A stretch of DNA of 61,744 nucleotides, the filler included. It is 11 parts of 11 records of this genome, joined end to end, with 100 filler letters (N's around TTAATTAATTAA, not from the genome) between each part and the next. Parts side by side here need not be neighbours in the genome. Positions count along the whole stretch, not along the records: positions 23,777 to 29,625 come from SRR7504441_7470; positions 29,726 to 37,348 come from SRR7504441_7475; 9 more parts are not named here. One strand, written 5' to 3'. Of the stretch, positions 23,777 to 35,900 are shown in pieces. How positions within the stretch are numbered: position 1 is the first letter of the stretch; every line of letters begins with the position of its first letter. Both the position numbers and the translations under genes were made by a program. The notes beneath the pieces are model-generated. The model ran no database searches. It was not told the origin of the DNA and saw only the letters and a list, made by a program, of their open reading frames with translations.

Positions 23777-25581
23777 TCAGAAAGCCAACGCATGGAGAGT
23801 GCCATCCCCTGCCGCCAATATCAGACCACTCTGATAGGGGCGTCACCTGCTGGGCCTCCGGGAGGAGAGAGGTCTGTGCCCAGCAACACAAAGCTCAGAG
23901 CTGAAAACACACCAGGGCAGCACCACATGCATGTATGCGTGCGACACTCCAGGGAAGACGTGAAGCGCTGCACTTACACTAGGATTATACTTCTGAACCT
24001 GCCGCACAGCTGAGCCAGAACCCCAGGTGCCACCTTGTTAATGAAGCTGATAGAATCGTCTATCAGCGGATCCGCAGACCCGGCATGGATGGCGGTCCGA
24101 GGAAACTCCCGGAAAAGCCACTGCGGACGCGATTGAGGCCGACACGAGCGGCCCGGCCACCTCTGGGGCGTGCACGGGCGATACACGCCAGTCTCTCGGG
24201 GCGGCGCACGGCTGAGTGCCGAGGTAGGCAGTCCCAATGTGCTTCATGTAGGTCATCGGAAGCACGCCGTCCAGCATAAACTGCCCCAATGTAGGTCACC
24301 CGAGCCCGCCAGCCCCGGCACCCGCACAATCGAGGACATGTTCTGCCCTCGTGTCTCGTCTACCAGCCTGCCCCGGCCTCGCGCCAACCCGAGCCGCTGG
24401 CTGCCTGGCTCCTGTGAGCTGTGCCACTGGTCTGGGCCCTTCACTCCACAGCCACATGTCTAGGTTGAGCGCCGGGTATATCATGTGCACCCCAACAGGC
24501 CTGGGGCAGCCCGGGGTCGAGATCGCACGCATGCTCACCGCCGCCGCCAAGTTGCCCCCGGCCGAATCGCCCGCCAGCACCAGATCCAGCTGCTCACTCG
24601 GCGTCCCAAACAGCGGCTGTCCACCAGTGCTCACCAGCTTGTGATACACCTCCCAGCAGTCGTCCAGCCCGGCCGGGAATTTGTGCTCCGGCGCCTTCCG
24701 GTAGTCCACCGCCAGCACCGGCACCTTGAGCTCTGCGGCCCACACTGCACCGCAGCTCAGCCTGTCGGGCTACTGCAGGGTATACCGGACAGGTAGTCTT
24801 CATGGTCGGCCGGGTCCATGGCCACGAACCCGCCGCCCGGGAAGTCGAGCACCAGCTTGCGTCGGCCGCCCGACTCGTCCCGTAGCTCGGCAAGAGGGCC
24901 GTGGTAGAGCAGGAGCGTCGGGATCACCCGGCCGTCCGGAGCTGTGAACTCGACCGGAAGCCTGGTGCCGAGCCGAGGCAGCTCCAGGTCGCGGACTAAC
25001 CGGAGGAGCGGGTTCCGGCCCTTTTGCCAGCAGGCCCGGATCATGTGGTGGTCGATCACCTGCGGAGGGCTGGCGGGCTGCGGGGAGCGGTGGGGGCCTG
25101 CTGGAAGCTGCGCACTTTGATCTCAGCCTTGCGGGTGAAGATCAGGTAGAATCCGGCCATCAGGATGGAGATGGTGTGACGCAGCCAGCCCCAGCTGCCG
25201 CCCAGGCTCGCCCACCTGGCGCCCGCCTGCGCACCGAATCTTGTAGGCAGAGAGCACTCCGGCGTCCAGCGCGGTGAGGATCCAGCGCACGCGGGCGAAT
25301 GAGGCGGAGTATTGGCCGTCCGGCCCCTTGCGGAGAGACGAGTGCGGCGCGTTCAGTCCGAGCAGCAGCGTCAGGTTGCGCATCAAGTATCCGAACCAGA
25401 GAGTGCACAGCACCGCCTTGGCCGGCGCGGTCCGGTCCATCAGCGCCCAGAGCCAGCGGAGCGGCCCAGCCGAAGGGCGGGGGCAGCGGTAGATGAGTCC
25501 CGCGAGCAGCAGCAGCTGCACGCTCACCGAGCCCCGCCGGTAGGCGTTCCGGCCCTGATCAATCCCCAGCAAGTGGAGCAT
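23777..25581 (-). CDS. Hormone-sensitive-lipase-family alpha/beta hydrolase (3' partial)
   Basis: DFPGGGFVAM oxyanion motif, VDYRKAPEHKFP, catalytic GDSAGG, DPLIDDS and GVSHAY, with N-terminal LLGLNAP..WILTALDAG as in fungal-type HSL-like proteins. Several introns of about 40 nt. Confidence 0.9.
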
Positions 25582-25682
25582 GGCGGCTGCTTTTTCAGCC
25601 GAGCCGAGCAACCAACGGCTCGAGACCTGATCAACCGAAAGCTGGCACCGGACAGATATTTTCCCGCCAACGAGGCGGTGGA

Positions 25683-26619
25683 ATGTCGCGGGGCTCGCCA
25701 GTGTCGCATCTGGCGGTCGACTGCAGCCCGTGCAGCAGCCCGGTGGCCAGTCCGTGCGCCAGCCCGGTCACCACCCCTTCCAAGCGCCGTCCGCCGGATC
25801 CGCGCACCCAGGCCCGGGTTGAGCAACTGCTGGGGCTGCTCGAGCTGTTTGACGCCGACCTGGAGGAGCAGGGCCGGCTCACCCACTCCCAGATGCGCGA
25901 GATGGGCAGCGTGCTCGTCAGTCGGTGTCCAGACCACGCCAAGCCCTGGCGGAGCGGTAGCGCCCCGCCCAGCCCCACCCGTGAGTGCCGCAGCCCGGGC
26001 GGCTCGCTAATCGGATTGACCACGATGCGCCCACCCTCCGACTTCATCGATTACTACTACGAGGCGATTGAGCAACTGACTGAGGAGCACTTCCTCCAGT
26101 GCTGCGTCCAGATACGCCGGATCGCCAACGGATCAAACCGACTCGGGCGCGCCCCGGCCGATCTGCTGGTGCGGCCCTGGCCCAGACCCGGGCTAACCGA
26201 CCTGGCAGGAGACTCAGCTAGAAGAGCAGGAGCTCTGCTATCGGCAGGCCTGCGCGAAGAAGAGCTCGCCGCCGTGCAAGGTGCCAGAGAGCAGGGACCC
26301 GGCGCTGGCCTACTCGTCAGTGGCCGCGGCTAGCTCGGATTGGTGGCGCCGGAGCGGGAGCGATCGGCCGCTGGAGACGAGCGGGCAGGACGGCGAACTG
26401 GACGAGCAGCAGTGGCACCTGCGCGATGTAGACAGGGTCCGGGTGCCACTTGCAGCAGCGGCGCTGTCCGAGTTGCGGGCAGCGGATGCAGTCGATGCCA
26501 CCAGCCAACACTACGACTCGTGGCGAGTCCGCGAGGTGTCGGGACCGCAAGCAGCGCTGCAGGCAAAGTTCGACGAGGCGCTCGCCGATCAGGACCACTA
26601 TCTTCGAGCTGACGTATAG
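25683..26619 (+). CDS. Hypothetical protein
   Basis: ORFs 25683 and 26281 join through a short GT-AG intron near 26170-26207. Coding-like helical segments (DFIDYYYEAIEQLTEEHFLQCC). Divergent from the lipase. Confidence 0.6.
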
Positions 26620-26799
26620 GCAATGCGTACAGCCCTATTTGCAATTGAGGTCGATTTTAATGATCCGATTACTGTACATATACGAGTACTGTATGAAATG
26701 GGATTATTATAGGACTATTAGAGCAAGATTGAATCGCACAATCGCTTACAACGGTCTAATTACAATTATGACGAACAGCCGGGACGATGATTGCTGCTC

Positions 26800-27681
26800 T
26801 CACCCGACCCCGGCCTGTGTAACCATGTCTATGAAGCTGGCCACCTCTCGTTGCAGCTCGCCCAAGTTTTGTGAGACCAGCGCCTTGCCGCCTGGTATGG
26901 CTGCGGCCACTGCCACCGCCACCTCGGGGGTGTGCATCCCATCATTCGCGTCCCCGTAGCTGTTTAGCACCAACACAGGGACCCGAATCTCAGCGAGCTG
27001 TTTGGCAGGCATCCCCAGCGCAGGCTCGGACTGAGTCTCAGTATAGAGCCCGCAAGAGCCGCACATTGCCTCACAGAACTGCTCCGGGGTCATCCGAGCC
27101 AGGTTATCCTCGCTCCGACTGTTGTGCCGCAGTCTGGCCTGGTAATACGGGCTGCAGATCACCGCGCGCATCCCGCCTCGCCGGGCGGTCTGGGCGTGGC
27201 AGCCATAGTAGCTCCGTCCCAGCCAGCTAGCTGCGTCTGGGCCGCCGGTCAGGTTGGCCAGCACCGCCGCCCTGACCAACCCGGGCGCTCTGATCATGAG
27301 CATCCCGAAAAGCCGGGCGCCGGACGAGTAGCCCACCAGGATCCAGCCGGCCAGCCCGGTCGACTGCAGCAGCTCGGCCAGCTCCTCCGCCTGGGCCTGA
27401 TTCTCCCCGGCACCGCCCTGAATCCCCGTGTAGTCCACGTCGCTGTCGCCCGTGTTCCGGCGGTCCCAGATCAGCACCGTGTGCTGCGCGTACGCCGCGC
27501 TCTCGGCGCCGTAGAGCTGACAAGCCTCGACCCGTCCCGACTGCCCGCCGCCCTGCACCGCCACGGGAGCAAGCCGGCCGGCCGACAGCTGGTACACGAT
27601 GTGGCAGCCGCTGCTGGTCTTGAACACCTCCACTGGCGCCGCGGCGAACCTGCCCCGGCCGGCCGCCGGCGCGCTGAGCAT
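26800..27681 (-). CDS. Bacterial-type alpha/beta hydrolase, intronless
   Basis: IWDRRNTGDSDV, nucleophile elbow GYSSG, LTGG..AA.WLGRSYY, GGMRAV and catalytic-His region DGMH. First plausible Met is at 27681. Confidence 0.8.
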   Translation of the reverse strand: MLSAPAAGRGRFAAAPVEVFKTSSGCHIVYQLSAGRLAPVAVQGGGQSGRVEACQLYGAESAAYAQHTVLIWDRRNTGDSDVDYTGIQGGAGENQAQAEELAELLQSTGLAGWILVGYSSGARLFGMLMIRAPGLVRAAVLANLTGGPDAASWLGRSYYGCHAQTARRGGMRAVICSPYYQARLRHNSRSEDNLARMTPEQFCEAMCGSCGLYTETQSEPALGMPAKQLAEIRVPVLVLNSYGDANDGMHTPEVAVAVAAAIPGGKALVSQNLGELQREVASFIDMVTQAGVG

Positions 27682-27699
27682 CGTCGGCGATTTTGCCCG

Positions 27700-28721
27700 A
27701 TGGATGGCGGGGCACCCGAGGAAGGGAGCAAGAGCGCGGTCGGAGCAGAAGCCGAGCAGTCGGCGAGTAGAAAGCGCAAGCGCCCGGCCGTCCCAGGGGG
27801 GTCGCGGCCGGTGTTTGCGCACGGGAACTACGACCGGTACTACGGGTACCGCACAGCGGGAGCCGCCGATCCCCGGCTGGAGCTGCTGCGGCCAGAGTGG
27901 TTCAAGGCCAAGGACTGGCTGGACATCGGGTGTGAGCACCCGCCGCCTGGCTGACCCGGGGCGCAGCTGCAACGCGGGGGAAGTCACTCTGGCGGTGCAT
28001 CGGGGGTTTGGACCCAGGCGGACGGTGGGGCTGGACATCGATCCAGCGCTGATCGCCGCAGCGGACAAGGCGCGCGACGAGCTGCTCGGGCCGGCAAAGA
28101 GCTACCCAAAGTCGTTTGGAATGATGTGAGGCTCCGGCCGTGACTCGGCTGATCGGCGGGCAGGTTCGGCGGACGGCCCGGGGCTGAGTTTCAGTGCGCC
28201 GACTTCGCAGACTGGGATCCCGGCCGGTAGCTGCGCACCACGGCGGCAGCTGGAGTGGCCGGGCAGGGCGCGGTTCGACGCGGTGGTCTGTCTGAGCGTG
28301 ACCAAGTGGGTGCATTTCAACAGGGGCGACGAGGGCGTGCAGCAGCTGTTCCACAAGGTAGCCAGCCAGCTGCCGCTCAGTGAGCCGGGCCGCAGGTGCA
28401 CAGAATTCTAAACCAAGGCGGCGTGTTCGTGCTCGAGGCCCAGCCTTGGCGCTCGTATCAGAAGAAGGCAGCCAGACTGACGGACGAGATCCGCGAGAGG
28501 TGCCGCAGCCGGTGGTATGGTGTGACCTTTGTAGGTGTCGGTCGATTGAGCTACGGCCGAGCATGTTTGCCGACTACCTGTGCTCGACGGTGCCAGGGTG
28601 CGGCGCTCGGCCTGATTCGGGCGCGCAGGTCGGGTTCAGAGAGAAGCTGGAGCTCGGGCAGCCGCAGAGCGCGCCGGGAGGTGGGTTCAAAAACCGGTCG
28701 ATGGTGGCGTTCTTCAAGTAA
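27700..28721 (+). CDS. MEPCE: Bin3/MePCE-family RNA 5'-phosphate methyltransferase
   Basis: Spliced motifs HGNYDRYYGYR, DPRL, LDIGC|NAG, GLDIDPALI, CLSVTKWVHFNRGDEG, GGVFVLEAQPWRSY and GFKNR are diagnostic of Bin3/MePCE. Confidence 0.92.
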
Positions 28722-28860
28722 TTCGAGCAAACTTATCGCATCGGCGGGTGTCTGGTATCAACGCAAGTGGTATTATCAAAAGTATTCGATAAATTTGCAA
28801 TTGAATTGTTTAGACTTGCTCCGTTTAATACGTACAGACCGGCAGCTCATTAACGGCACC

Positions 28861-29625
28861 ATGCCCGGGATGGCTCACATCGAGTGGGACGAGTTGGACA
28901 AGACCCGGTTGTACACGATCGGGCCCACGCTGCTGCTCGGGGTCCGGGTGATCACCTATCCCCCGGCCATGGTCAAGACCCGGCTTCAGTCCGACCCTGC
29001 TGGCCAGAGCAGCACGCTGGCCGCCTTCAGGCACATCGTCCGCAACGAGGGCTTCAGCGCGCTGTGGCGAGGCTTCCTGCCCAAGACGGTAGGGCTGGCG
29101 GCCAGCACGCTGTATATCACCTGCTTTGAGCTCTCGCGCACCCGGCTGCTCCACCAGGCAGGCTGCGGCCAGGGCACGGCCGACCTGCTCGCCGGCGGGC
29201 TGGCCTCGCTGGTCAGTCAGACAGTAATTGTCCCTACCGATCTGGTCTCCCAGAAGGCGGCGGTGGACCGGTCGCACAAGTCGTCGCTGGTGCATGCGCG
29301 CCTGATCTGGCGGGCTGACGGACCGGTCGGCTTCTACAGAGGCTACGTGCCAAGCGTGCTGACCTACACTCCCGCCTCAGCGATCTGGTGGGCGACATAC
29401 GGCCAGTGCAAGCGGCTGTCGGCCGGGCCGGTGCTGTCGGTCGGGGGTGGGCTGGTGCGCAGTGGGCGGATGAGCCAGTGGGGGGTCGACCGCTGGACAG
29501 AGTCTCTGTGCGGGGCGGTGGCCGGTGCGACTGCAGCAGTCATCACTACTCCGATGGATGTGGTCAAGGCGAGTCGGCCGATTGGGCGCGGCTGAGGATG
29601 TGGCAGGTGAGGCGGCAGCTGGACG
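28861..29625 (+). CDS. SLC25A44: Mitochondrial carrier, SLC25A44-like (3' partial)
   Basis: N-terminal IEWDELDK and three carrier signatures (PPAMVKTRLQ, PTDLVSQK, PMDVVK|VRRQ). GC-AG intron at 29569-29606. Confidence 0.85.
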
Positions 29626-29977
29626 NNNNNNNNNNNNNNNNNNNNNNNNNNNNNNNNNNNNNNNNNNNNTTAATTAATTAANNNNNNNNNNNNNNNNNNN
29701 NNNNNNNNNNNNNNNNNNNNNNNNNATCCGGGCCCGGCCCATCCGGATGGCCTCGAGCGGCCCGGCCCCAGACGGCGGCATCCCCGGGTGACCGGTGAAC
29801 TCGGCGCTGGCAGTGAGAAACGCCTCACGCGCCGCACTCTCGGTGGGCGCGCTGCGCTTTGAAACCCTCTGAGAATGAGATTTGCTCCGCATCACCAGGG
29901 CTGAGCGTTGGATATTCTTTCTATCAAAGCCAGGAGGAACGGGAGCGAGGCCTCTGAGGGGGAAAGCTCTAGAAGTC

Positions 29978-32900
29978 ATGCCTCCTGGAGCCAGGCGACG
30001 GCCCGGGGTCGGCGGGCTCTGGGTGGTTGTGCTCGCGTGCGCGGGGTGCTGGGGGCTGGGCACCGCGGACCAAGGTGCCGGTCGGAGGGCCGACGGGGCG
30101 GCTGAGCCGGGGGCGGCGGCAGGAGATGGTAATGGCGAGTCTCTGGGGGAGGCGCTCACGGACCGGGCCCCGGTGGATCTGGTGCCGGCCGGTCGGATCC
30201 GGTCGCGGCTTCTAGACGGGCTGCCGACCGGCCGGGGACGGGGGGCGGAGGACGAGTCGCTGGACCAGCTAGTGTCGGGGCTGATCGGGGCGATGGAGAA
30301 GGCGGACCGCAAGGGGCCTCAGCCGGCCAAAGTGCTCGGGCCGGAGGGGGCCGGGCAATACGACGTGCCGAGCAGGTACGACGAAAGCAAGGGGAACACC
30401 GCCTGGCTGCCGCCGTTCCCGTGCCGATGCGACAAGCCGCGCAACCACGGCCGGCTCAGCTGCCACCTGGAGTCGCTGCTGTTTAAAGATAAGCGCCGCT
30501 GGTGCCGGGTGGTCCAATCTACAGACTGCCCGCACCCGTTCCGTTACTGCGACCGACGAGCGTGGCACGAGACTGAAAAGTATGATGCAGACGAGGAGGA
30601 CCGGCTGTCCGCTGCCGACCATCAGGCGCGCCTAGCGGCCCGGCCGGACCGGAAGCCGCACGAGTTGGCGGCCAAGGCGCGCGAGGAGTTTCAGCTGCAG
30701 GCGGTGGCCTCAGCCTCCGAGCTGCGTGTTGAGCTCGAGAGAGTCTCTAGAATGGTCAGAAAGCACCGCGCGTACCTGGCGCGGCTGAGGAAAGAGGCGG
30801 CGGCGCATCATCTGATCGTCGCGGCGGAGGCGATGCTGGAGGCGGGCGAGCGGCGGGTGATCCGGCTTAGACGGCAGCAGCAGGCGATGAGAGGCCGAGT
30901 GGTGGTTGGGCTGACTCAGTATGCGCACAATCGGACCCTGTTCCGAGGCGACGCGCTGACTGCGGAGGAGATCAACCGGAGGGCGCTGGCAAAGGCGGCC
31001 GAGGAGTGGTGGAAGCTGGCAAAGGCCAAGAACATTAGCGAGGAGCGGATCAGCAAGAGCCAGAAGCGGCGAGTCGCCTCGATGGAGGCTGCAGTCAAGG
31101 CAGCCGAGAGCAACCACACAAACTCGGAGAAGGCGCACGACGAGCTGCTCGGCCGGGTGGAGCGGCTCCAGACCCGGTTGATTGGCCACCTGCGCAAAGA
31201 GCATCGGGATAAGACAAGATTGGCTGAGCAGGCTGTTGCGAACGCGTCACGCACACTCGCTGAGCGGGACTCGAGTCGGAAGGCGGCCGAGGCGAGGCTG
31301 GTGGAGTTCCAGCGGGCTGATGTGTACGTGACCCAGCAGCAGCGGAAGGCCGGGCGGGTCCTGAGGGTCCAGGCGCGCAGGCACGCACGGGAGCTGGTCG
31401 CAGGGTACGACAACGACGTGGCGGCGCAGGCAGTGACCGACGCGGCGATCGAAGTGCAGGGTGCGGCCAAGCTGCTGGTGGAGCGGCAGCAGCAGCTCAA
31501 GGCCGCACTGCTAGACGAGCAGAAGCGGTGGGAGAGCAGGGTCGGGACGGCTGAGGGGGTCAAACAACAGAAGGCCAAGAAAGCGGAGCTGGCCAAACTC
31601 AAAGTTGCGCAGGTGGAGCAGGCGATGGAGCAGGAGCGCAAGCAGAAGAGCAAGCAGGCCGACTTGGCCGAGCGCCGGCGCAAGGAGCAGATCAGGCTCG
31701 ATGCCGAGTTTGAAGAGCGTATCCGGAGCAAGCGGAGGAAACGAGTGGCGCTGGAGGCCCAGCACAAAGCCGACCACAAGTTGAAGCAGGCTGAGCTGGC
31801 CCGGGAGAAGGCCAAGAAGGAGGCTGAAGAGGGCCAGTTCAAGGACAGACAGGAGCGCAGGCTGAAGAAAGCCAAGGCTGAACGGCTGGAGAGGAGGGAT
31901 AAGCGGGCCGATGAGTTCGACACGAAGCAGAAGCAGACACTGCGATCGTCGGAGCTGGGCGGCAAAAGGGCCGAGGCCAAGTCCAAGCGCGAGAACGAGA
32001 GTCATGAGAAAGAGGTGCGCAAGAAAGCAGTCACAGAGCGGGCTGCCAAGGAGAAGCAAGCAAAGGCTGCCGAGGAGGAAGCAGAAATAAGTCTCAAGAA
32101 GGCTGAAGCCAACGCTGAGAAGAAAGAGAAGGCCCAGGCCAAGGAATTCGCCGAGAGGATGGCCAAAGAGAAGGAGGAAGCAGAGCAGCAGTTGATGGAT
32201 GTCCATGGACCCAAGCTGAGGCTGCACAAGGAGATGGACTGGGCAGACGCTCAGCACCCTGTCCTCACCGAAAAGAAGGACGGGGCCTGCCACGCGATGT
32301 TTAAGGCGGGAGTTGGATACTGCAATCGTACCAACCCAGGAGAGCCTGAAGATGGCTCTCAACTTAAATGTGGCTGTAAGCGTGGGCTGCAGGCAGTTTA
32401 TCAGTCAGTGACCAAATTGACTGAGTGCAGTGCGAGTGGCTGTGGAGCCTGGTACGGCAAGCGAAATCTGGAGCAGCAGGCCAAGATTATTGACACGTTT
32501 GTGGCTCAAGCTGGCCAGATGGAAGGCTGGGGCCATAAGTGCATGGTTACCTCCCCATCAGCTGAGCCATACACCAGTGTCAAAATGACGGGCCCTGACA
32601 AGTGGCTGCACGATCCCAAGCGGCATCCCAACTTTGACTGGGTATTTGACCCAATCGCGGTGAGGAAGCAGCAGGGCAGCGCGGCGCTGCCAGGCTGTGT
32701 ATCAATGTTCTATGTTGGTGTGGCAGCCTGTAGCGTGGGCAGCATCTTCACTGCCAAGTTCGCCGACCCAACTAGCAATGTGACTAGAACTGCTAAGGTC
32801 GGGGATGGATGTAAAGGGAAGCTCCTATATGCTGGCTGGTATGGCCAGCTGCTGTCGATGAGGAGTCAGGAAGAGGAATTACAGAAAAGTTGCATCTCAG

Positions 32901-35900
32901 CACATGTCAAGTGGAGCGTCGAGGTAGCAGCGATGCTCAAAGGAGCGCCTATCCGGGCTGTCATGAGCGCAGTCCAGGCAGCATCCATAGAGCTGCTTCA
33001 GAATAGGCTGGAGCTGCCGCCGTTGAAGGCCCCGGACGGATTTAGGCTAGTGCCTGCAACTGTGGAGCAGAAAGACATGCGGTCCGACTCTGGCTGCTTT
33101 GCTAAGCTGGCGATCGCACACGCCCACTGCCAGACTGCTCCTGAGAAAGCGCCAGGGTACTTTTGTGGTTGCAAAGGCGGCAAGGGGGTGGTAGTAGTTA
33201 CAACCAGTGCCCTTGCTAGAGACAGCCGCCAGTGCATTGCGTGGTACCGAAAGGTGATTCAAGCTGTGCGCCTCGCTGAGCAAAGCAAGATCGCAGGGCA
33301 GAGTGAGTACATGACTGGTTGGGCCCAAGCATGTGTCGTGGGCAACCCACTCGAGACAGCGTATCGTCAGCAGCTGCCAGCGCCTGACCAGTGGCTACAC
33401 CAGACGCGCAAGCAGCCACAGATGGGATGGATCAATGAGCCACTTCGACTGCCATACACCCACAACCTGGGTGGAAAGTTGGCTTGCAGATCCGAGTTTG
33501 TTCTGGGAATTGCTGCATGCAAAGCGAAGCAGATTCCGAGTGACAATAGCACGCAGGGGACTGGCAACTTGACCAAGCTGTCTGTTGGCTGCAAGGGTAA
33601 CCTTATGATATCTGAACTATATGGACAGATCACCTACATGCAAAATCAACAGTTACAGACCCAGCGGCTCTGTGTGGGCAAGCATGTCGAATGGAGTGTC
33701 AAGGCTATGAGTATCATGACTACAGGTCGACTTTCTAAGGAAATGGGCGTTCTTGTTCAAAATAATGCTGTTCCACTGAGTGTGAACAGCTCTGACTGCA
33801 TGAAGGGAACGCATAGCCAATGGGAACGAAAGTCAAAGGAGAAAGAGACCAAACACGAACTCAGGATGAAGCACCGGCAGAAACAGAGTGAAGCCAAGAT
33901 TAAAGATACTGAAAAAGCAGCTGAAAAGAAAATCAAGCGCGATAAGCAGAGGGTCGCAGATGAGCTTCGGAAAAAGCAGAGCGCTCGCAAAGAACAGACT
34001 GCAAAAGCGAAGGCACAGACTAAGGAGGGCATAATAAAGTTGGACCAAAAGCATGAATTAGAGCATAAAGCCCGGCAAACGGCAGACGAGGTTAAGCTAA
34101 AAGAGGCGGACAGGAAGATGAAAGTTGTAGTAGAGCTGCAACAAAAGAAACAAATGAAGACCGAGCAGGCATTAGAAAAAGCTGAAAAATCTCGAGAAAT
34201 GTCATCCAAGCGCGATGCAGATGCCCAAAGGCGAGCTTCTGAAGCAGAGAACGAAGACAAGGCCACAAAGAAGAGGGTTATTGTCGAGCAAGCCAACGAA
34301 AAGAAGACAAAGGCTAAAGCCGATGAGCTGCACCACAAGGCCATCGACAAGCACAAAGAGGAAAGCAAAAAATCCAAGGACAGGCGGCTTGGTGCAGAGC
34401 TTGCAGACAAGAAAGAGATCTCTACCAAGGCCCAGATGAAGCTGGAGAGGGCACGTGAGAAGGAGTCCAAGATCCACAGCGCTATGGACAGGGATCGTGA
34501 AGACCATCAAACAAAGGTACTAGTGCTCCAAGATGATATCAAATTATCTTCAGCAAAGGCCAAAGAAGCTCTCTCAGAGTGGAATCAGCTGCTGCTGAGG
34601 AGAGAAACCTTGTCCAAACAAATTGCTCAGGAGAAGGAAGAGCACGGCAGGATATCGCGCGACAGCTTGGCGAGTTCCAAGGAGCTTGAATCCAAAATTG
34701 TCGCTGCAAAGAAGAAAGTGGACAAGTACGCACTACAAGAGCGAACGCTGCGAGACTCAGAGAAGCAGGAAAAGGCACTTCTTGCTGTGGCTGAGCGCGA
34801 AGCACAAGAGCATGCAAAGAAACGGGATGAGCATAACGAAAAGGAAGCCAAAGCCAAGGAGGCTGCTAAAAAGCTAGCGCTGTCAAACAAGGAAAAGATG
34901 GCAAAGCAGGAAGCTGAGCATGTGACTGCACAAGAGCGGGTTGCAGAGGCTGCCCGAGAGCAGCGCAGCAAAGCGGAGGTGCAAGCAGCAGACAAAGTGC
35001 AAGAGGCCAAGGAGCAATCTCGAAAGGCAAGGGTGAAGGTCGAGTCGGCCGAGTCAGAGGGAAAGGAACTTAAGGCAAAGGCGGAGGCAGATGCCAAGAA
35101 ACTTGAATTGGCTTCGAAAGCGCGTGAAACAGAACATGAAGCAGGCCAAAAGCGTTCCAGAGAAGCAGCTAAGTTGAAGGCAGACTTGGAAAGGGCGGCA
35201 GAGAGGGAGAGGGCGACCAAAGCTCAGGAGGCTGAGGCTAAGCGGCTGGCAGAAATAGAGCAGGCTAAAGAGAAGCTCAGAGAGGCGCAAGAGAAGGCAG
35301 AAAAGCAGCGGGTGAGGGAGCTGCAGAAAAAGAAGAATGCGGAGGCACTTAAGAAAGCGCAGGAGCGAGAGCGAAAGCGTGAATTGGCTCTGAAACGCAT
35401 TGCAGAGAAAGAGAAGAAGGTAAAAGAGAAGGAAGAAAAGCTGAGAGAGAAGCAGGCCAAACGAGAGGCTTCACAAAAGGAGATGAAGAATAAAGAACGT
35501 GCAGCTAAGGAAAGTGAACGCAAAACTAAAGAGAAGTTGGCTAAGGAAGAAGCTCTACAGGAGGCTGCCAACAAAAAGGCAAAGCTAGCCAAGCTGCAAG
35601 AACGTGAGGCAAAGGAGAAAGAAGCACGCAGAAAGCGTCAGGAAAAGCGACGTAAGGAAGAAGAGCGTGCAGCTAAGGAGAAGGAAGCGAAACGAGAAAG
35701 GTCGCTCAAAGAAGTCGATGCAAAGGAGAAGGTCAAGAAGGAAAAGCAGCAAAAGTTGGAGCTGAAGAGGAAAGCTCTCGAGCGAAAGAAGAAAGAGCAA
35801 GCACGTAAGGAAACAATCATGAAGGAAAAAGATAAGAAAAAGATAGAGAGGCTCGAACGAGAGCGCAAGGCCACCAAAGAAAGGCAGGAGAAGGGAGAAC

